From: Eledone cirrhosa | Lineage: Eukaryota | NCBI GenBank assembly: GCA_964016885.1 | Contig: OZ024741.1 | Span: 165,664,001-165,728,000, forward strand | DNA: 64,000 nucleotides | Direction of reading: 5' to 3' | Part shown: positions 23,123-36,659 of the stretch, in pieces | Layout of the letters: each line of letters opens with the position of its first letter | How positions within the stretch are numbered: the stretch's first letter is position 1 | Position numbers and translations under genes: made by a program | The notes under the pieces: generated by a model | What the model was told of the DNA's origin: nothing | What the model saw: the letters and a program-made list of their open reading frames with translations, nothing else | Databases searched by the model: none

Positions 23123-25874
23123 GATTAAGAGGGTGTATATCAGCACATAGTTATTCCTCCTACATATACACACAATCTGTAAATTCAAGTGTATTTCAAT
23201 AACAACTATGTTTATATGTTTATCAACATTAAAATAAGTTGTTGAAGCAATCAATAACCAGTTGCTTCGTCCCCAGTAATGGAGAGATTCTCAAATTACA
23301 CAGAAATATAACATTACAGATTTCTACTGAATATATACATGGGAAACGCTGCTGGTTATAAAAGGAATTATTAGATGTAGTGAGCAAAAAGAGAAGATTA
23401 TGCTGGTATTGATATGTGATACCTACGGACACTGACAATCATTGAGTGAAGAAGTGCCAGGAGTTCCCAGTGGAATGAGGGTACAGTAGAGGAAGACCAA
23501 GGAAGACCTAGGTAGATATGTAATAGTACAGCAGCAGACAGTGGTAGTGATGTTGGCAGTGGTGCTGCTGTGACTGGTGGCAGTGAAAGCGTGTTACATT
23601 AAACACTCTGCTGTGTCAAAGTATCTATAATCAAATCAAACACATTCAAACCCCCCCCCCCCCCCCACCCCACCCCATCCCCACACACACAATCTCCTGA
23701 AAATGTCTGTCACCAAAATGGTAAAAAAACACCTAAGTTGTTTTGAAAAGCAGAGGATATTCATAGAAACATCTGATGTCATTCACACAATCTAGAAACA
23801 CTATAGTTTTTATGAATTTATATATTTATTTGTTTATATATTTATTGCCTACTGCGACAAGGCTATTGACAGGTAGGTGCCAACCTTAGTGATGACAGTT
23901 ATTTGTCATCACCAATGTCATTGTTGCTTCCGTGTCAATGACATGGTTATTGTTCCTACTGGAAATATTAAAGACCATGAAGTGGCAGGATGGTTAGTAC
24001 ATCATCATCGCCAACATCATCATTTTATGTCCTGCTTTTCCTGTTAGCAAGGGTTCTCCAGACAGGGAGTGAAGGGGAGTGTTCACATCTCACATACAAT
24101 CAAAGGAACCTCATTTTAGCAGCTTCCTTTGATTAAGTAAGTATTCATGATCGTATTCTTTCGGTCTACCCGAGATTCATGAAGGTAAGCATGATTACCG
24201 AATTGAAGAGAGTTTATCTTTTACACCTACCCCCCTTCTGATGATCTGTCACAAGAATTGGAAAAACCAAATGGCTCAGTATGTCAATATGACAATGCAG
24301 TGAAGACATAAAAATCCCAGAATGTTTTTTTTATAAATACCGGAATTCCTTGGCACCCACTTTGAGAAATATTGATCTATGCCATTCGCCAACATATTGT
24401 ACTCATGTATGGAATCAATATGTATGTTGTATAAATTTTTTATGAGTCTCACAAAGCAATTTGTAAACAATACAGCTCTTTATAAATTAGAAGTACTGTC
24501 CAGATGCTGCATGTTCGGATCAAGGAGCACATAACAACAAGAGCTTCTTCTGTCAAAAAACATCTTGACATTCTGCAGCCAAGACATTAAGATCACCATA
24601 GAGATGATGGAAAGGAATATGGAAAATTTAAGAATCAAAGAGGCCATTATCATAAAAGCCACAAATAAATAATAGATTGGAAATGCATGAAGTGGATTAG
24701 CTATTATAATGGTTCCACACATGCACATTTTAGACACTTTCTAGGGAAGAACACATCAATAATTCATTTTTGTTTTGAAACGCTTTCATTTGGAAGATTT
24801 TAATTTAAACAGGAATCTTTTAAATGTTCCATAGAATCAGAAGCAGTTTTGGGTGAGTTGGTATCAAAAAGGTTAACCCAAACCCTGCTTGTTTCGGTGC
24901 TTTTGGTGGAGTCCACTTTGATCCAAGCTTTTGAACCAGATCTCCAATTTGGGGATTACTTTCTCCCTTACTCCACCAGTGTTGATGGCCCTGGGATACC
25001 ATCCCAGCACGTTCACATCACAACCAAGTTTCAGTTCTTTACACTTCACTTGCACTAACATCCATGGAAAGGGAACACATAACTACCAAACATCACCCAT
25101 CCTCTACCATAAAACATAGAATAACATCCTATCTGGTTGAGCTGGTTTGAATCTGCCCAAATGGATCAAGCCACTTGCCCTGATTCCACAGAGTGTTCAG
25201 AAGGTCCAGCACATAAAGTGTACATGAGATGAAGGCCCCAAATCCATCTGAGCATTTGATAGAGTGTGAGAACATATGCAAGATACATGCCCCTACCCCC
25301 ACCCAACCCATCTGAAAGGTTGACAGCACTGCTGGAGTACTGACTCAGTGTGTGAACATCTGTCCAACTCTTACTATCATGGAAGATGGATGCTAAATTA
25401 TGATGTTAATGATGATGTGTGCATGTGTGCACATGTGGTTGCATGTGTATGTGTGTGTGTATCTTTCCTTTGACACTGCTAGGGTAGTCAATGACATTTG
25501 TATGTGACCTGCAAAACCAATATATCCCACAGTTCTGTGGTTTGGTGTGTGAAGATCACTACCTTGTCCAACCCATACCAGCAAGGAAAAAATAAACATA
25601 AAAACAATGATGATAATGATACCACAGTGGGCTGTGGCCCCAGCTTACCAGCTAGAAACCAAAGGGATCAGAGTTAATAATAAACTATTAGGCATTTACC
25701 ATTTCATAACTGTATTTCATTAGAAATACACTGCCAATGTGTTTCAATTAATTTTGAAAATAACCAAACATTTGTATTGTTTCAATAAAATAACTAAAGT
25801 TTTCATTAATAAGTTGATATTTAGAACTTAGGAAAAATTCCTAAAATGAAATTATACTGGAAGGTTTGAATATA

Positions 25875-26146
25875 AGGATAAAGGGTAAAGACACCCTTCA
25901 GTCACGAATGACCATAGGATTTGAACCTAGAAAGTTCCCCTCCGAGGCACAAGTCCAGGCAAGGTTGTTTATGGAAGACCAGCAGTCGCTCTTGCATATC
26001 AGCCTCCCCTCTCCATGCCACCAATGTTGTCCAAGGGAAGGGCAAAGGCTGATACAGCTTGGCACCAGTGACGTCGCATCTCATTTCTACAGCTAAGTGA
26101 ACTGGAGCAACATGAAATAAAGTGTCTTGCTCAAGAACACAACACA
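25875..26146 (-). mobile_element. Headless CORE-SINE with a different 3' module and a (CCTTTA)n-like tail
   Basis: CORE segment matches family B, then unrelated 3' sequence ending ctttaccctttatcctta. Confidence 0.65.
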
Positions 26147-26520
26147 AAGGATAAACATTTTATAAGTGGCAGGTTTGTATTATAAATCCATTGTGGTTTC
26201 AGATGGTTTAGTATGAAAGAGAGTTAAATACTTCACTGCTAATGAACAAGAGTGACTGTTTAATTGGTTAATGATGAAGAAGACAAGTCTACATAATTCA
26301 TTGTTAATCTACTCTGAAAGAGAAGTGTCAAGTGTCAGCAACAACTTTTAAAATCAGTAGCAATAGACAGCATGAGGTGTGTTACATAACAGTATTACAT
26401 AATGTCTCAGCATACACATATACACACACATGTCAGCAGGAACACAGCAGAAAGGTTACATAATGCTGACTGTTTTTATATAACTCAATTATAATATGCC
26501 TATATAACAATTCATATATA

Positions 26521-26870
26521 CAGGGTGAGTGGAAAGTCTCCCCCCCCCCCCAGTTTATTTTTGATGTTGCAAATATGACGTATGTCATCTATATTGAAAT
26601 TTGATTTGTCAAAAATATTCACCAATTATATACATTTTTATGTGTAAACAAATAATGATTTCATTTTCATTATTACACATATAGTGAACTGACAAAAAAT
26701 GTCAACTGTAGAAAGAATTTCAAATGTTTTGTTAATGGCAGAGTATAAATCTGTAACTGTTGTTCAGCAAAGATGGTCAATTCATCATAAATCACTAACC
26801 CCTTCACACAAAACAATACGAGCTTGCTTTGTAAAATTCAAAGAAACAGGAATAGTACATGACCTCCATA
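26521..26870 (+). mobile_element. 5' fragment of a Tc1/mariner-superfamily transposon (DUF4817-type HTH)
   Basis: TA|CAGGGTG terminus; ORF from 26699 reads KSVTVVQQRW...PSHKTIRACFVKFKETGIVHD; truncated by RTE UTR. Confidence 0.7.
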
Positions 26871-27090
26871 AAAACTATGCTGTAATGTGGCCGTGTAGGC
26901 AACACGGTAAAAACCTCCCAGCCCCACACTGTAAATGTGGTTGGTGTTAGGAAGGGCATCCAGCCGTAGAAAACCCGCCAGACAGTCCTATGCGAGCAAG
27001 ACAACCACTCTTGCCTCAAGTGGGAAAACTCCCGTCCAAACCCATGCAAGCCTGGAAGATGGACGTTAAACGATGATGATGATGATGATG
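26870..27090 (+). mobile_element. RTE 3' UTR fragment with (GAT)n tail
   Basis: Matches 58690-58909. Confidence 0.85.
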
Positions 27091-27689
27091 GTGTATATAT
27101 ATACACACACATACAACCATACATATATATATATATATATATATATAAAATGAGAGTTAAAGACTCACGTTAATCCCCTGTAATTTAATGAGCTGAAGGT
27201 ATAATTACTGGGCTCTTCATAATATAATATACAGAGGAGAACACACAAAAGAGTATGTTTTGAATTACAAGGAGTGAAATACATAAAGTCTACAAAAAGT
27301 GTGGAAAATACATAATAATTGGAAAGGTAAATTAAAATGTACAAACCCACCTTTATAACTATAAAACACCTGGACAGACTCAAAGAAGAAAATATTTCGC
27401 GATAAACAGTGTCAGAACCATAACATCCCAGAGCTTGTCAACAGGTGTAAAGACGATATGGACTGCACTTCTAAAGAGACTTTAGATAACTGAATCGTAC
27501 ATGGCGAGAGAACAAAAACACGTGCGTCAGACAGTACATAGTGGCTTGAACAGATGAAATAACCGCCAGAAATAGCAGCCTATAACCATTCAACTTAAAA
27601 AACTCAAGAAACAGAGAAAACTCATTAGGAGCCAAAATATTGCACGTGTCCCTTCCATGTGCAATTCAGTTATCTAAATCTGGCTGGCT

Positions 27690-29030
27690 CATGTGTGCCG
27701 GGTAGCCTGGATCTCTGGAAAGGCACCTAAGCAATGGCAATCAGGAGATGAAAAATTGTTCCAATTACAGAGGGATCTTGTTAACCCTCCTGGTAAAGTC
27801 TATGCTAAGTGTCTGGGAAAGAGATGTAGAGAGATAGTCGAGTCAAAGGTAGCTGATGAACAGTCAGTTTACGCCCCAGATTCAGCACAGCCAGTGAAAT
27901 ATTGACACTGCAATAGGTCTTTGAGAAATCATGGGATCACTGCCAAGATGTCTTTTCTTGCTTTGTAGACATCAAAAAGGCATATGATTGTGTTCCATTG
28001 GACCTGCTGTGGAAGGTTCTGCAGGTGTATGGGATCGATGGTCAACTTCTTGTTGCCTTGCTGTCTCTATACAAATTCTCGAGTATTTGTGTTTGGATAA
28101 ATGGTGCTAAATCGAAACCATTCAATGTAGGGGTCGGACTCCGCAAGGTTGCATACTGTCACCTCTTCTATCCAGTATTTTCATGAACAGAAGTAAAATA
28201 TGCAGCCAGGTTGGAAATGATATAACGACTAGCTGGTGTAGAATCAGTCAGATGGAATTTACAGACGACATGGTGTTACTTAACTCAACAGAAGGTGATC
28301 TCTGACTTGTACTTGAGAGGATTGATGCCGAACGCTGCATGGCTGGAATGAAAATCAGTGCTGAAAAAACTGAGATGTTCCTCCTCTTGAGGAAACCTGT
28401 GCAGTGCACCCTACATGTGAATGGAGTTCCACTGAAGCAGGTATAGAAGTTTGAGTATCTCAGGGCCGTGTTCATGACTGATGAAAGACAAGAGGATGAA
28501 TTAACTGCAATAATTGCAGGAGCTGGTGCAGTAATGTGCCAGCTTCAGCAGTCAGTAATCAGAAAAAAACAAGGTAGGTGTAGAAGCCAAACTCGCTCTA
28601 TTCAATTCGGTATCTGTGCCAGCACTTACCTATGGTCATGAATCTTGGGTAATGATCAAAAGAATATGATAGATCTTTGGAGTAACATTACTCAACAGAG
28701 TGTGTAGCTTGGCAATCAGTGAATTCTTCCAACTAGAGCTGCTACATCTCTGAATTGAGAGATCACAGCTCTGAAACTATGGGCATGTGGTTAGAATGTC
28801 TCAGGAAAGAATCACTGCAAAGATTTTATGAGTAAAACCAGCCGGCAGGAGACTCAGGGGTAGACCCCAAGCAAGATGGTTGAATAACATCTAGGGGCTT
28901 AGCTGGTCTCTCTTGGCGATCCAGCTGGATCAGTTGGAGATGGTTGCTTCTGAGAGGACCTGCTGAAAGGAGTGTTTGAGGACTTTGCCCCCATGTTCCT
29001 TTAAGGAATAACTGGGTGACGAAGAAAATT
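27690..29030 (+). pseudogene. Decayed RTE/Expander(Rex3)-like reverse transcriptase
   Basis: Fragments PGKVYAKCL, FVDIKKAYD, VGLR.GC.LSP, MEFTDDMVL, LTYGHESW, GHVVRM, RGRP..RW, with many stops and frameshifts. Confidence 0.85.
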
Positions 29031-29882
29031 AAAGCAAAGCTTGAGTATTATTACTTTGGTGTTTTATCCAGTGTATTCACAGGGTCATCAGCCAAGACTA
29101 ATTTATCAGAATGTGGAGTGACAGTATATACAGAAAGACTCCAGCAGAGGAAAGAATTGGGGTAGGTGTAGCTTCTGGCAATGTAGAAATAAGAGAAAGA
29201 TCCTCATCAACATCATCACCACCATTTTACTACAATTTTTCCATGCTAGCATGGTTTAGATGGGTTGCCTGTTGTGGGAAATGCTAGGTAAGGTGGCCAT
29301 ACAGAACTGATTTGGGCTTGGTTTCTACAGCTAATACCAACCTCATTTACACTGAGTACTGGGTGCTTTTTATCATTTCACCTACATGAACACTTCACAG
29401 TGTGGGCTAGGTACTTTTGTTGTCACCAGCACATCTACTTTACAGTGTGCTCGGTGCTTTTTGTCGTGTCCACTTTACAGTCTCTAAATCAATTCAAATT
29501 TATGAAAAATGTAAAAAGAAGAGTCCATATATTTTCAACATGGTCCAACCTATGCTAGCTTGGGAAATATATGTAGTTTCTATAGTTGCAACAGAAAAAT
29601 GTATAAATCTAAGACTTACCAAGGAAAGAGAATAGAGATACTAAACAAAAAGAGAAAAGAAAAAGGGAGAAGTGAGAAAGAAAGCACACATACATAGAAA
29701 GAGATAGATATACTAAAAAAAATGTGTGTGTGCGCGTGTGTGCGCCTTTTCTCTACCATTTTCTTTTTTCCTTTCCGTTCCTGATCAGCCCTTTCTCATT
29801 TTCTTTTCCTCTTCCTTTGAGTATTTCTCCCTCTTTCTATTATATAGCAGGGAAAAGTGGACGTAAAATGATGATGATGATG

Positions 29883-29915
<33 letters not shown>

Positions 29916-31981
29916 CACATACATATATATATATATATATACACATACATATACACACATACATATATACACATACATACATATATATACACATACATAC
30001 ATATATATACACATACATACATATATATATATATACATATATATACACATATACATATATATACACATATACATATATATACACATATACATATATATAT
30101 ACATACACATATACATATATATATATATACACATATATATATATACACATACATATATATATATATACACATATACATATATATACACATATACATATAT
30201 ACACATATACATATATATACACATATACATACACATATATATATATATATATACACATACACATATATATATATATATACACATATATATATCTATATAT
30301 ATTAGCACCCACAAATGCTTGCATACAGACAAGTGTCTATTCTTCCTCTCCCTCAATAAAATGTTCAGAAACATACACACACAAAAATAACTGGCATGCA
30401 ATGTTTCAAATGTTACCAGGTGTTTTTAGTATTTTTTTGCTTTGTTCTGTTTTGTTTTGTTTTGTTTGCTTACATGATTATCAAAATTGCTAAATCAATA
30501 AAACAGCTTGTGTTCTAATAATAATAATAATAATAATAAATAGGGTTCAGAATTATCTGTCAACCGGCTACTAATGCACACTTATTTTCCTGATTTCCTT
30601 AACCGATAGGATATGATTCACGTCTGCACGCATTTTCACAGGCATTGATAGTGCAATCATAAGTGAGAATTCCAAAAATAACTTGGTGAGGTGTGGGGAG
30701 GGATATAGTAGAATATATTTAGTCATTGAGCAAGTATTTCATTGATATTTTAACACTTCACATCCTGTACAACATCAAACAGTACTATTAATGAATAAAA
30801 TCTTTACTCTAATACTGAAAATGTTCACAATAATCTATCTACTAGTAAACCTACTACAAACATTTTAATCAACAAACTATATCAAACCACAATAGCAAGA
30901 CAAATTTGAAAAATAAAACACATAACTATAACTGTATCAACAAGAGTAAACTGCATCATATTAAAGAATAAAATCTTTATTCTAACAAATTTTCACAGTG
31001 ATCTGTACATTAGTAAAGGTACTATAAACATTTGAACTAACAAACCAGTTTGGGGATATTTTCTGCTAAATGATTATAGGATATTAGGAGTCGGTTAACA
31101 ATCATACATATACAACACATAGAAAAAAATGACTTCATCTCATTAAAAAATACAATCATTTCTCTAATACTGCAAATTTTTCAAATACTAGACATCTGAA
31201 TCGAGAAACCACAATAGCAAGACATTCTTGACACATAAAATAGCACTATGTATCACATTAACTCTTAGCATTTAAACTGACCATATCCAGCCAGAATTCT
31301 CTCACCTCTTTCTGTTCAAACCAGCCGTAACCGGTTACTCATACCGATGTTAAGTTCTCAAAATAAATAATATCAAAATCTCATAGCTTCAATATTATGT
31401 GAGATAAAGCCTTTAACATAAAAATATAATAGAAAATATAGAGTAATGTAAATACTAAAGGGCTAAAGAGGAATATCTTCACTCTAACACTGAACATTTC
31501 CAAAATGATCTGTGCACTAGTAAAGATACAATAAACATTTGAATTAACAAACCTATTTTTAGATATTTTCTAGCTAAATCCATACAGGATGTTAAGAGTT
31601 ATCAAAAACAAAGTCTCTAGTCTAATACTGCAAATTTCAACAATGATCTGCTCAATTAACAAACCTGATTGGGAATATATTCTGCTTAATCATTATAGGG
31701 TGTTTAGAGTTATGTAGTGAAGAAGAATCCAAGGACAAAATCATTGAATATATATTTTATATTATACAGAAACTAACAGTAATTGAATATATGTTTTATA
31801 AATTATACAGATACTAACAAGATGTAAGATGTGAAATGAGAGAAAAATCCACATTTTGGGACTGAACATGGATGGTTAATGAAAAGAAAACATAGGTTCT
31901 ATATAAATAAGTTAACAAAATGATAGATGTCTAAAGCTTCACATTTTACATACATACACACACATACATATATATATATAT

Positions 31982-32012
<31 letters not shown>

Positions 32013-32284
32013 CAGACATATATACACACATACATATACACACATGTATGTGTATATATATATATATATATATATACACATGTTTATTGTATATATGTAT
32101 GTATTGAAAAGAAAGCCAAAAATTTGCAGAGATTTAGAACAATTTTTTGTTCTACATAGGTTTCAGTGACAATAAGAAGTAATCTATAATCAATAGCACA
32201 ACAAGCTTCCCAGCATCATCTTGTTTAGTGGATATCTCCATCTATAAATCTTTGTGTGTGTGAGTGTGCATATATATATATGTG

Positions 32285-32318
<34 letters not shown>

Positions 32319-32324
32319 TATATG

Positions 32325-32481
<157 letters not shown>

Positions 32482-32490
32482 ATATATATG

Positions 32491-32535
<45 letters not shown>

Positions 32536-32538
<3 letters not shown>

Positions 32539-32738
32539 TTAATATAGATGAGATTCTACAGGACTAGAACTGTTTCATTCTTTAGAAATCATCAGGAATC
32601 AGATTCCTGATGATTTCTAAAGAATGAAACAGTTCTAGTCCTGTAGAATCTCATCTATATTAAAACTTTTATACTCTGCAATGTATTGAGTACCTTACTT
32701 ACTGTGGTTACCTCCGATTCAACCCGGAATAACGTACG

Positions 32739-32739
<1 letters not shown>
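32536..32739. mobile_element. Penelope-like fold-back insert: perfect 65-bp inverted repeat plus about 73-bp tail
   Basis: Arms 32536-32600 and 32602-32666 with a 1-nt centre; (TA)n on both sides. Confidence 0.85.
32601..32651 (+). ncRNA. Canonical type I hammerhead ribozyme (mirror copy 32551-32600 on minus)
   Basis: agattc-CTGATGA-tttctaaagaat-GAAAC-AG-ttctagtc-CT-GTA-gaatct: all three stems and the GUA cleavage triplet are present. Confidence 0.88.
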
Positions 32740-32828
<89 letters not shown>

Positions 32829-32831
<3 letters not shown>

Positions 32832-32953
32832 CGTTTCTGAATTTGTTTAGCAAGATTCTTTATCTGAAATCGTGTGTTGAAACCGATATTGTTATACTTT
32901 GGGAGGGTCATGTTTCTTATTGGCAACATGACCCTCCCAAAGTATAACAATAT
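32829..32953. mobile_element. Mini fold-back insert related to the 54681-55758 Penelope family
   Basis: Tail gaaatcgtgtgttgaaac plus arms atattgttatactttgggagggtcatgtt / aacatgaccctcccaaagtataacaatat. Confidence 0.8.
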
Positions 32954-32982
32954 ATATATATATATATTTATATATTAAGAAA

Positions 32983-33015
<33 letters not shown>

Positions 33016-33056
33016 TATATGTCTGTGTGTGTGTATATATATATATATGTGTATAT

Positions 33057-33705
33057 ATAAACGGAAAAAATGAAACGAAATTTCATTTCTCACTCTTAGT
33101 ACGGCTGTTACTTAAATATAAGTATTTATACGTACATACATATATGTATACAGACGTACAGTCGTATGTATATATATATACATACATGCACACATATATA
33201 TATGTACGTATGGATTCACCGAACATTTATTATAATGCTCGGTGTGTTTGTAAACAAACATCCCGAATTAAGCCGTACAGTGTCTAGCAACCATCGTTGC
33301 TCATTTGTTCAACACTGACAAAGGAACGATGTACTAGTTTCAAGCTTATTAGCTATCGTCAGCACGGTATACCTTCCTGCCAGATGATTGAACGTCTGAA
33401 AGTATATACTTTCCTTATGCATATTAACGGCTGAGCAGCCTAATTTGGATATCGAGTGAGTTAATCGGCCGGGGTACCGAAAACGATAAACGGAAAAAAT
33501 GAAACTAAATTTCATTTCTCCCTCATAGTACGGCTGTTACTTAAATGTAAGTATGTATACGTACATACATATATGTATACAGACGTACAGTAGTATGTAT
33601 ATATATATATATATATATATACATATATGCACACATATATATATATACGTATGGATTCACCGAACATTTATTATAATGCTCGGTGTGTTTGTAAACAAAC
33701 ATCCT
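33057..33705 (-). mobile_element. Penelope-like partial tandem (direct pseudo-LTR arrangement)
   Basis: About 210-bp direct repeats 33058-33263 and 33488-33704 around a spacer carrying a hammerhead; TA-bounded. Confidence 0.7.
33326..33368 (-). ncRNA. Minimal type I hammerhead motif
   Basis: accgtg-CTGACGA-tagctaataagctt-GAAAC-TA-GTA-catcgt; palindromic ACTAGT stem III. Confidence 0.75.
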
Positions 33706-33750
33706 GTATATGTATATATATATATATGTTTATATGTATATATATATATA

Positions 33751-34639
33751 TAAAACTGATGGATCAGGTTATGAAAGTGGCAGAAAGGATATTAGCACAA
33801 CTAATTAGAGAAAGGGTCAAACTAGATGAGATGCAGTTTGGTTTTGTGCCTGGGAAGAGTACAACAGAGGGCTTCTTCTTGGTGAGACAATTGCAAGAGA
33901 GGTTCTTAGAGAAAAATAAGCCACTAGCCTTTGTTGAACTAGAGAAGGCCTTTGATAGGGTACCCCGATCTGTCATCTGGTGGTCCCTAAGGAAACTAGA
34001 TGTTGAGGAATGGCTTGTGAGGACAGTGCAAACTTTGTACAGAGGTACTGTCAGTAAAGTCAGAGTAGGAATGGAGTTTAGTGAGGAATTCCAGATACAG
34101 GTAGGAGTACATCAAAGTTCGGTCCTCAGCCTGCTCTTGTTCATTATAGTCCTCTAAGCCATAACAGAGGAGTTTAAGACTGGCTGTCCATGGGAACTTC
34201 TCTATCCTGACGATCTGGTTCTTATAGCAGAATCAGTAGAGGAGCTAGAGAATAAATTCTGGCTATGGAAACAGCAGTTGGAAGCAAGAGGACTGGGAGT
34301 GAACCTAGCTAAGACAAAAGTGTTGATGAGTATAAAAGAGGACAAAACTCTGATTCCGTCAGGGAAATGGCCATGTTCGATATGCAGAAAAGGAACTGGC
34401 ATGAATTCTATAAAATGCACACAATGCAGATCCTGGGTACACAAGAGATGTAGTGGGATAGCAGGCAAACTAACAGGTAGGGAGAAATATGTATGCAGTA
34501 GATGTACAGGGAAATTAGACAGTAGAAGCTGCATTGATAGACACATTTCTCAAATGCAGGCGGGTGCTATAGAAGTGGTGGATAGCTTCCGGTACCTAGG
34601 AGATCAGATTAGCATGAGAAGGGGGTGTTCTGAGGCCAT
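33751..34639 (+). mobile_element. Internal RTE RT fragment bounded by (TA)n on both sides
   Basis: IKLMDQVMK...QFGFVPGKST...EKAFDRVPR...GVHQ...YPDDL...CSIC..CTQC..H..C; no 3' tail. Confidence 0.92.
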
Positions 34640-34785
34640 ATATATATATATATGTGTGTATATATATATATATGTATATATATATGTATATATATATGTG
34701 CATATATATATATGTGTATATATATATATATGTATATATATATGTGCATATATATATATGTGTATATATATATATGTATATATAT

Positions 34786-35131
34786 GGAGGCACATGGCTT
34801 AGTGGTTAGAGCATTGGCCTTGCAATCGAAAGGATGTGAGTTCAATTCTCAGACTGGGTGATGTGTTGTTTCCTTGAGCAAGACACTTTATTTCACATTG
34901 CTCCAGTTTACTCAGCTGTAGAAATGAGATGATAGGGACTGGGGCCCCTATCATTCCACTGAAAAGTGGACATGTAGGTGCTACGGCAAAAAAGCACCCA
35001 GCACTCACTGTAAATGAGGTTGGTGTTAGGAAAGGCACCCAGCTGTAGAAATCAAGCCAGAATCAGTTCCCGTCCCACCCTTGCAAGCAGGGAAAAGCGG
35101 ACGTAAAATGAAATGATGATGAATGATGATG
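34786..35131 (+). mobile_element. tRNA-derived CORE-type SINE (family B) with RTE-derived 3' end
   Basis: Box A tggcttagtgg, box B gagttcaattc; ccttgagcaagacacttta...ccagtttactcagctgtagaaatg resembles the MIR/CORE domain; 3' end cccgtcccacccttgcaagcagggaaaagcggacgtaaaa(tga)n matches RTE ends at 8575 and 51282. Confidence 0.85.
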
Positions 35132-35136
35132 ATATA

Positions 35137-35187
<51 letters not shown>

Positions 35188-35202
35188 GTATATATATATA
35201 TG

Positions 35203-35327
<125 letters not shown>

Positions 35328-35350
35328 GTGTATATATATATGTATATATA

Positions 35351-35397
<47 letters not shown>

Positions 35398-35450
35398 ATA
35401 TATATATGTGTATATATATATATGTGTGTGTATATATATATGTGTGTGTG

Positions 35451-35521
<71 letters not shown>

Positions 35522-35533
35522 ATATATATATAT

Positions 35534-35937
35534 ACCTTACCCAACTACACCTCTCAAAGTCAATGACACACGACCGTGACTTCTGGCGTCACGCAGTAAT
35601 ACAGGGTACCTGACCTCCCATGGGTACATGCTGAAGCATATAAACAATATGCCCCCCCCCCCCCCCACCGCAAGGTGGTCGTGGAGGTGCCACGGCAAAA
35701 AAACACCCAGCCCACACTGTAAAGTGGACGTGTAGGCGCCACGAAAAAGCACCCAGCACTCACTGTAAATGAGGTTGGTGTTAGGAAGGGCATCCAGCTG
35801 TAGAAATCAAGCCAGATCAGTTCCTGTATGAGCAAGGCATGGTCAGCCGACCAGACACTGCCCACAACAGGACAACCCGTCTAACCCATGCTAGCGTGGA
35901 AGAACGGACGTAAAACGGTGATGATGATGATGATGAT
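35534..35937 (+). mobile_element. RTE-related 3' end / UTR element
   Basis: [18 protein letters not shown] followed by the UTR motif ggttggtgttaggaagggcatccagctgtagaaa and a (GAT)n tail. Confidence 0.8.
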
Positions 35938-36097
35938 ATATGTATATATATTAAAGTGTTAAACAATATTCAATGAGTATGTCAAAGAATGAGTTTTACA
36001 GTAGATTGGAAGCACTCTACGGTAATAAATAATTTTCCGGAGTTATTAATATTAAAATATAAATATTAATAAAATAGATGTTCTTTTGATCAATTAC

Positions 36098-36150
36098 ATT
36101 TTATTATACATATTTCGGATGTACAACAGTACGTCCTCATCAGACAAAAT
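36098..36150 (-). ncRNA. Minimal type I hammerhead motif
   Basis: attttgt-CTGATGA-ggacgtac-tgtt-gtacatcc-GAAA-tatgta-TA-ataaaat, in the TA-bounded insert 35950-36215. Confidence 0.8.
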
Positions 36151-36275
36151 ATAATGATACATGACATACCCTGAGATGTTAAATGATTAAGATTTAATCA
36201 AGGTAGTAATATTAATATATGTATATATACATATATATATATATGTATATGTATATATATGTATATATATATATA

Positions 36276-36318
<43 letters not shown>

Positions 36319-36319
36319 C

Positions 36320-36659
36320 TATATAACAATGGTGCTACTCCGGAGCAGTGGAAAACTGCCAGTGTCATTCCCCTGTTCAAAATGGGCGACCGCACGTCAC
36401 CTGTCAACTATCGTCCAGTCAGTCTGACTAGCTGCATTGCCAAACTGATGGAATCCTGTGTCAGAGAAACACTTTGGAACTTCTGGAGCTCTCACAGCCT
36501 CATCCGGCCCTCGCAGTTTGGATTTATCCCTAACTCCAGCTGCTGTGATCAGCTTATCGAGTTCCTTGAAGACATCACCCGGATCACTGACAGCGGCTCA
36601 TGGGTGGATGTTGTTTACCTTCACTTCGCTAAGGCTTTTAATTCTGTGCCACACAAATA
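36320..36659 (+). mobile_element. CR1/Jockey-group LINE RT fragment
   Basis: WKTASVIPLFK.GDR..PVNYRPVSLTS...QFGF...VDVVYLHFAKAFNSVPH. Confidence 0.85.

Noticed and set aside
21892-23254. Overlapping 250-410 aa Tyr/Val/Cys ORFs in all frames
   Set aside because: Products of the 44-bp minisatellite and TA/CA repeats.
24480-25380. Possible host exons or RT remnant
   Set aside because: Only faint RT-like words, no sustained frame or convincing splice pair.
30540-30700. Candidate upstream non-coding CASK exon (unique, CpG-containing)
   Set aside because: No clear donor or promoter signal; cannot be supported without transcripts.
34786-34860. tRNA genes at box A/B motifs
   Set aside because: They are SINE heads continuing into CORE or SINE bodies; no complete cloverleaf.
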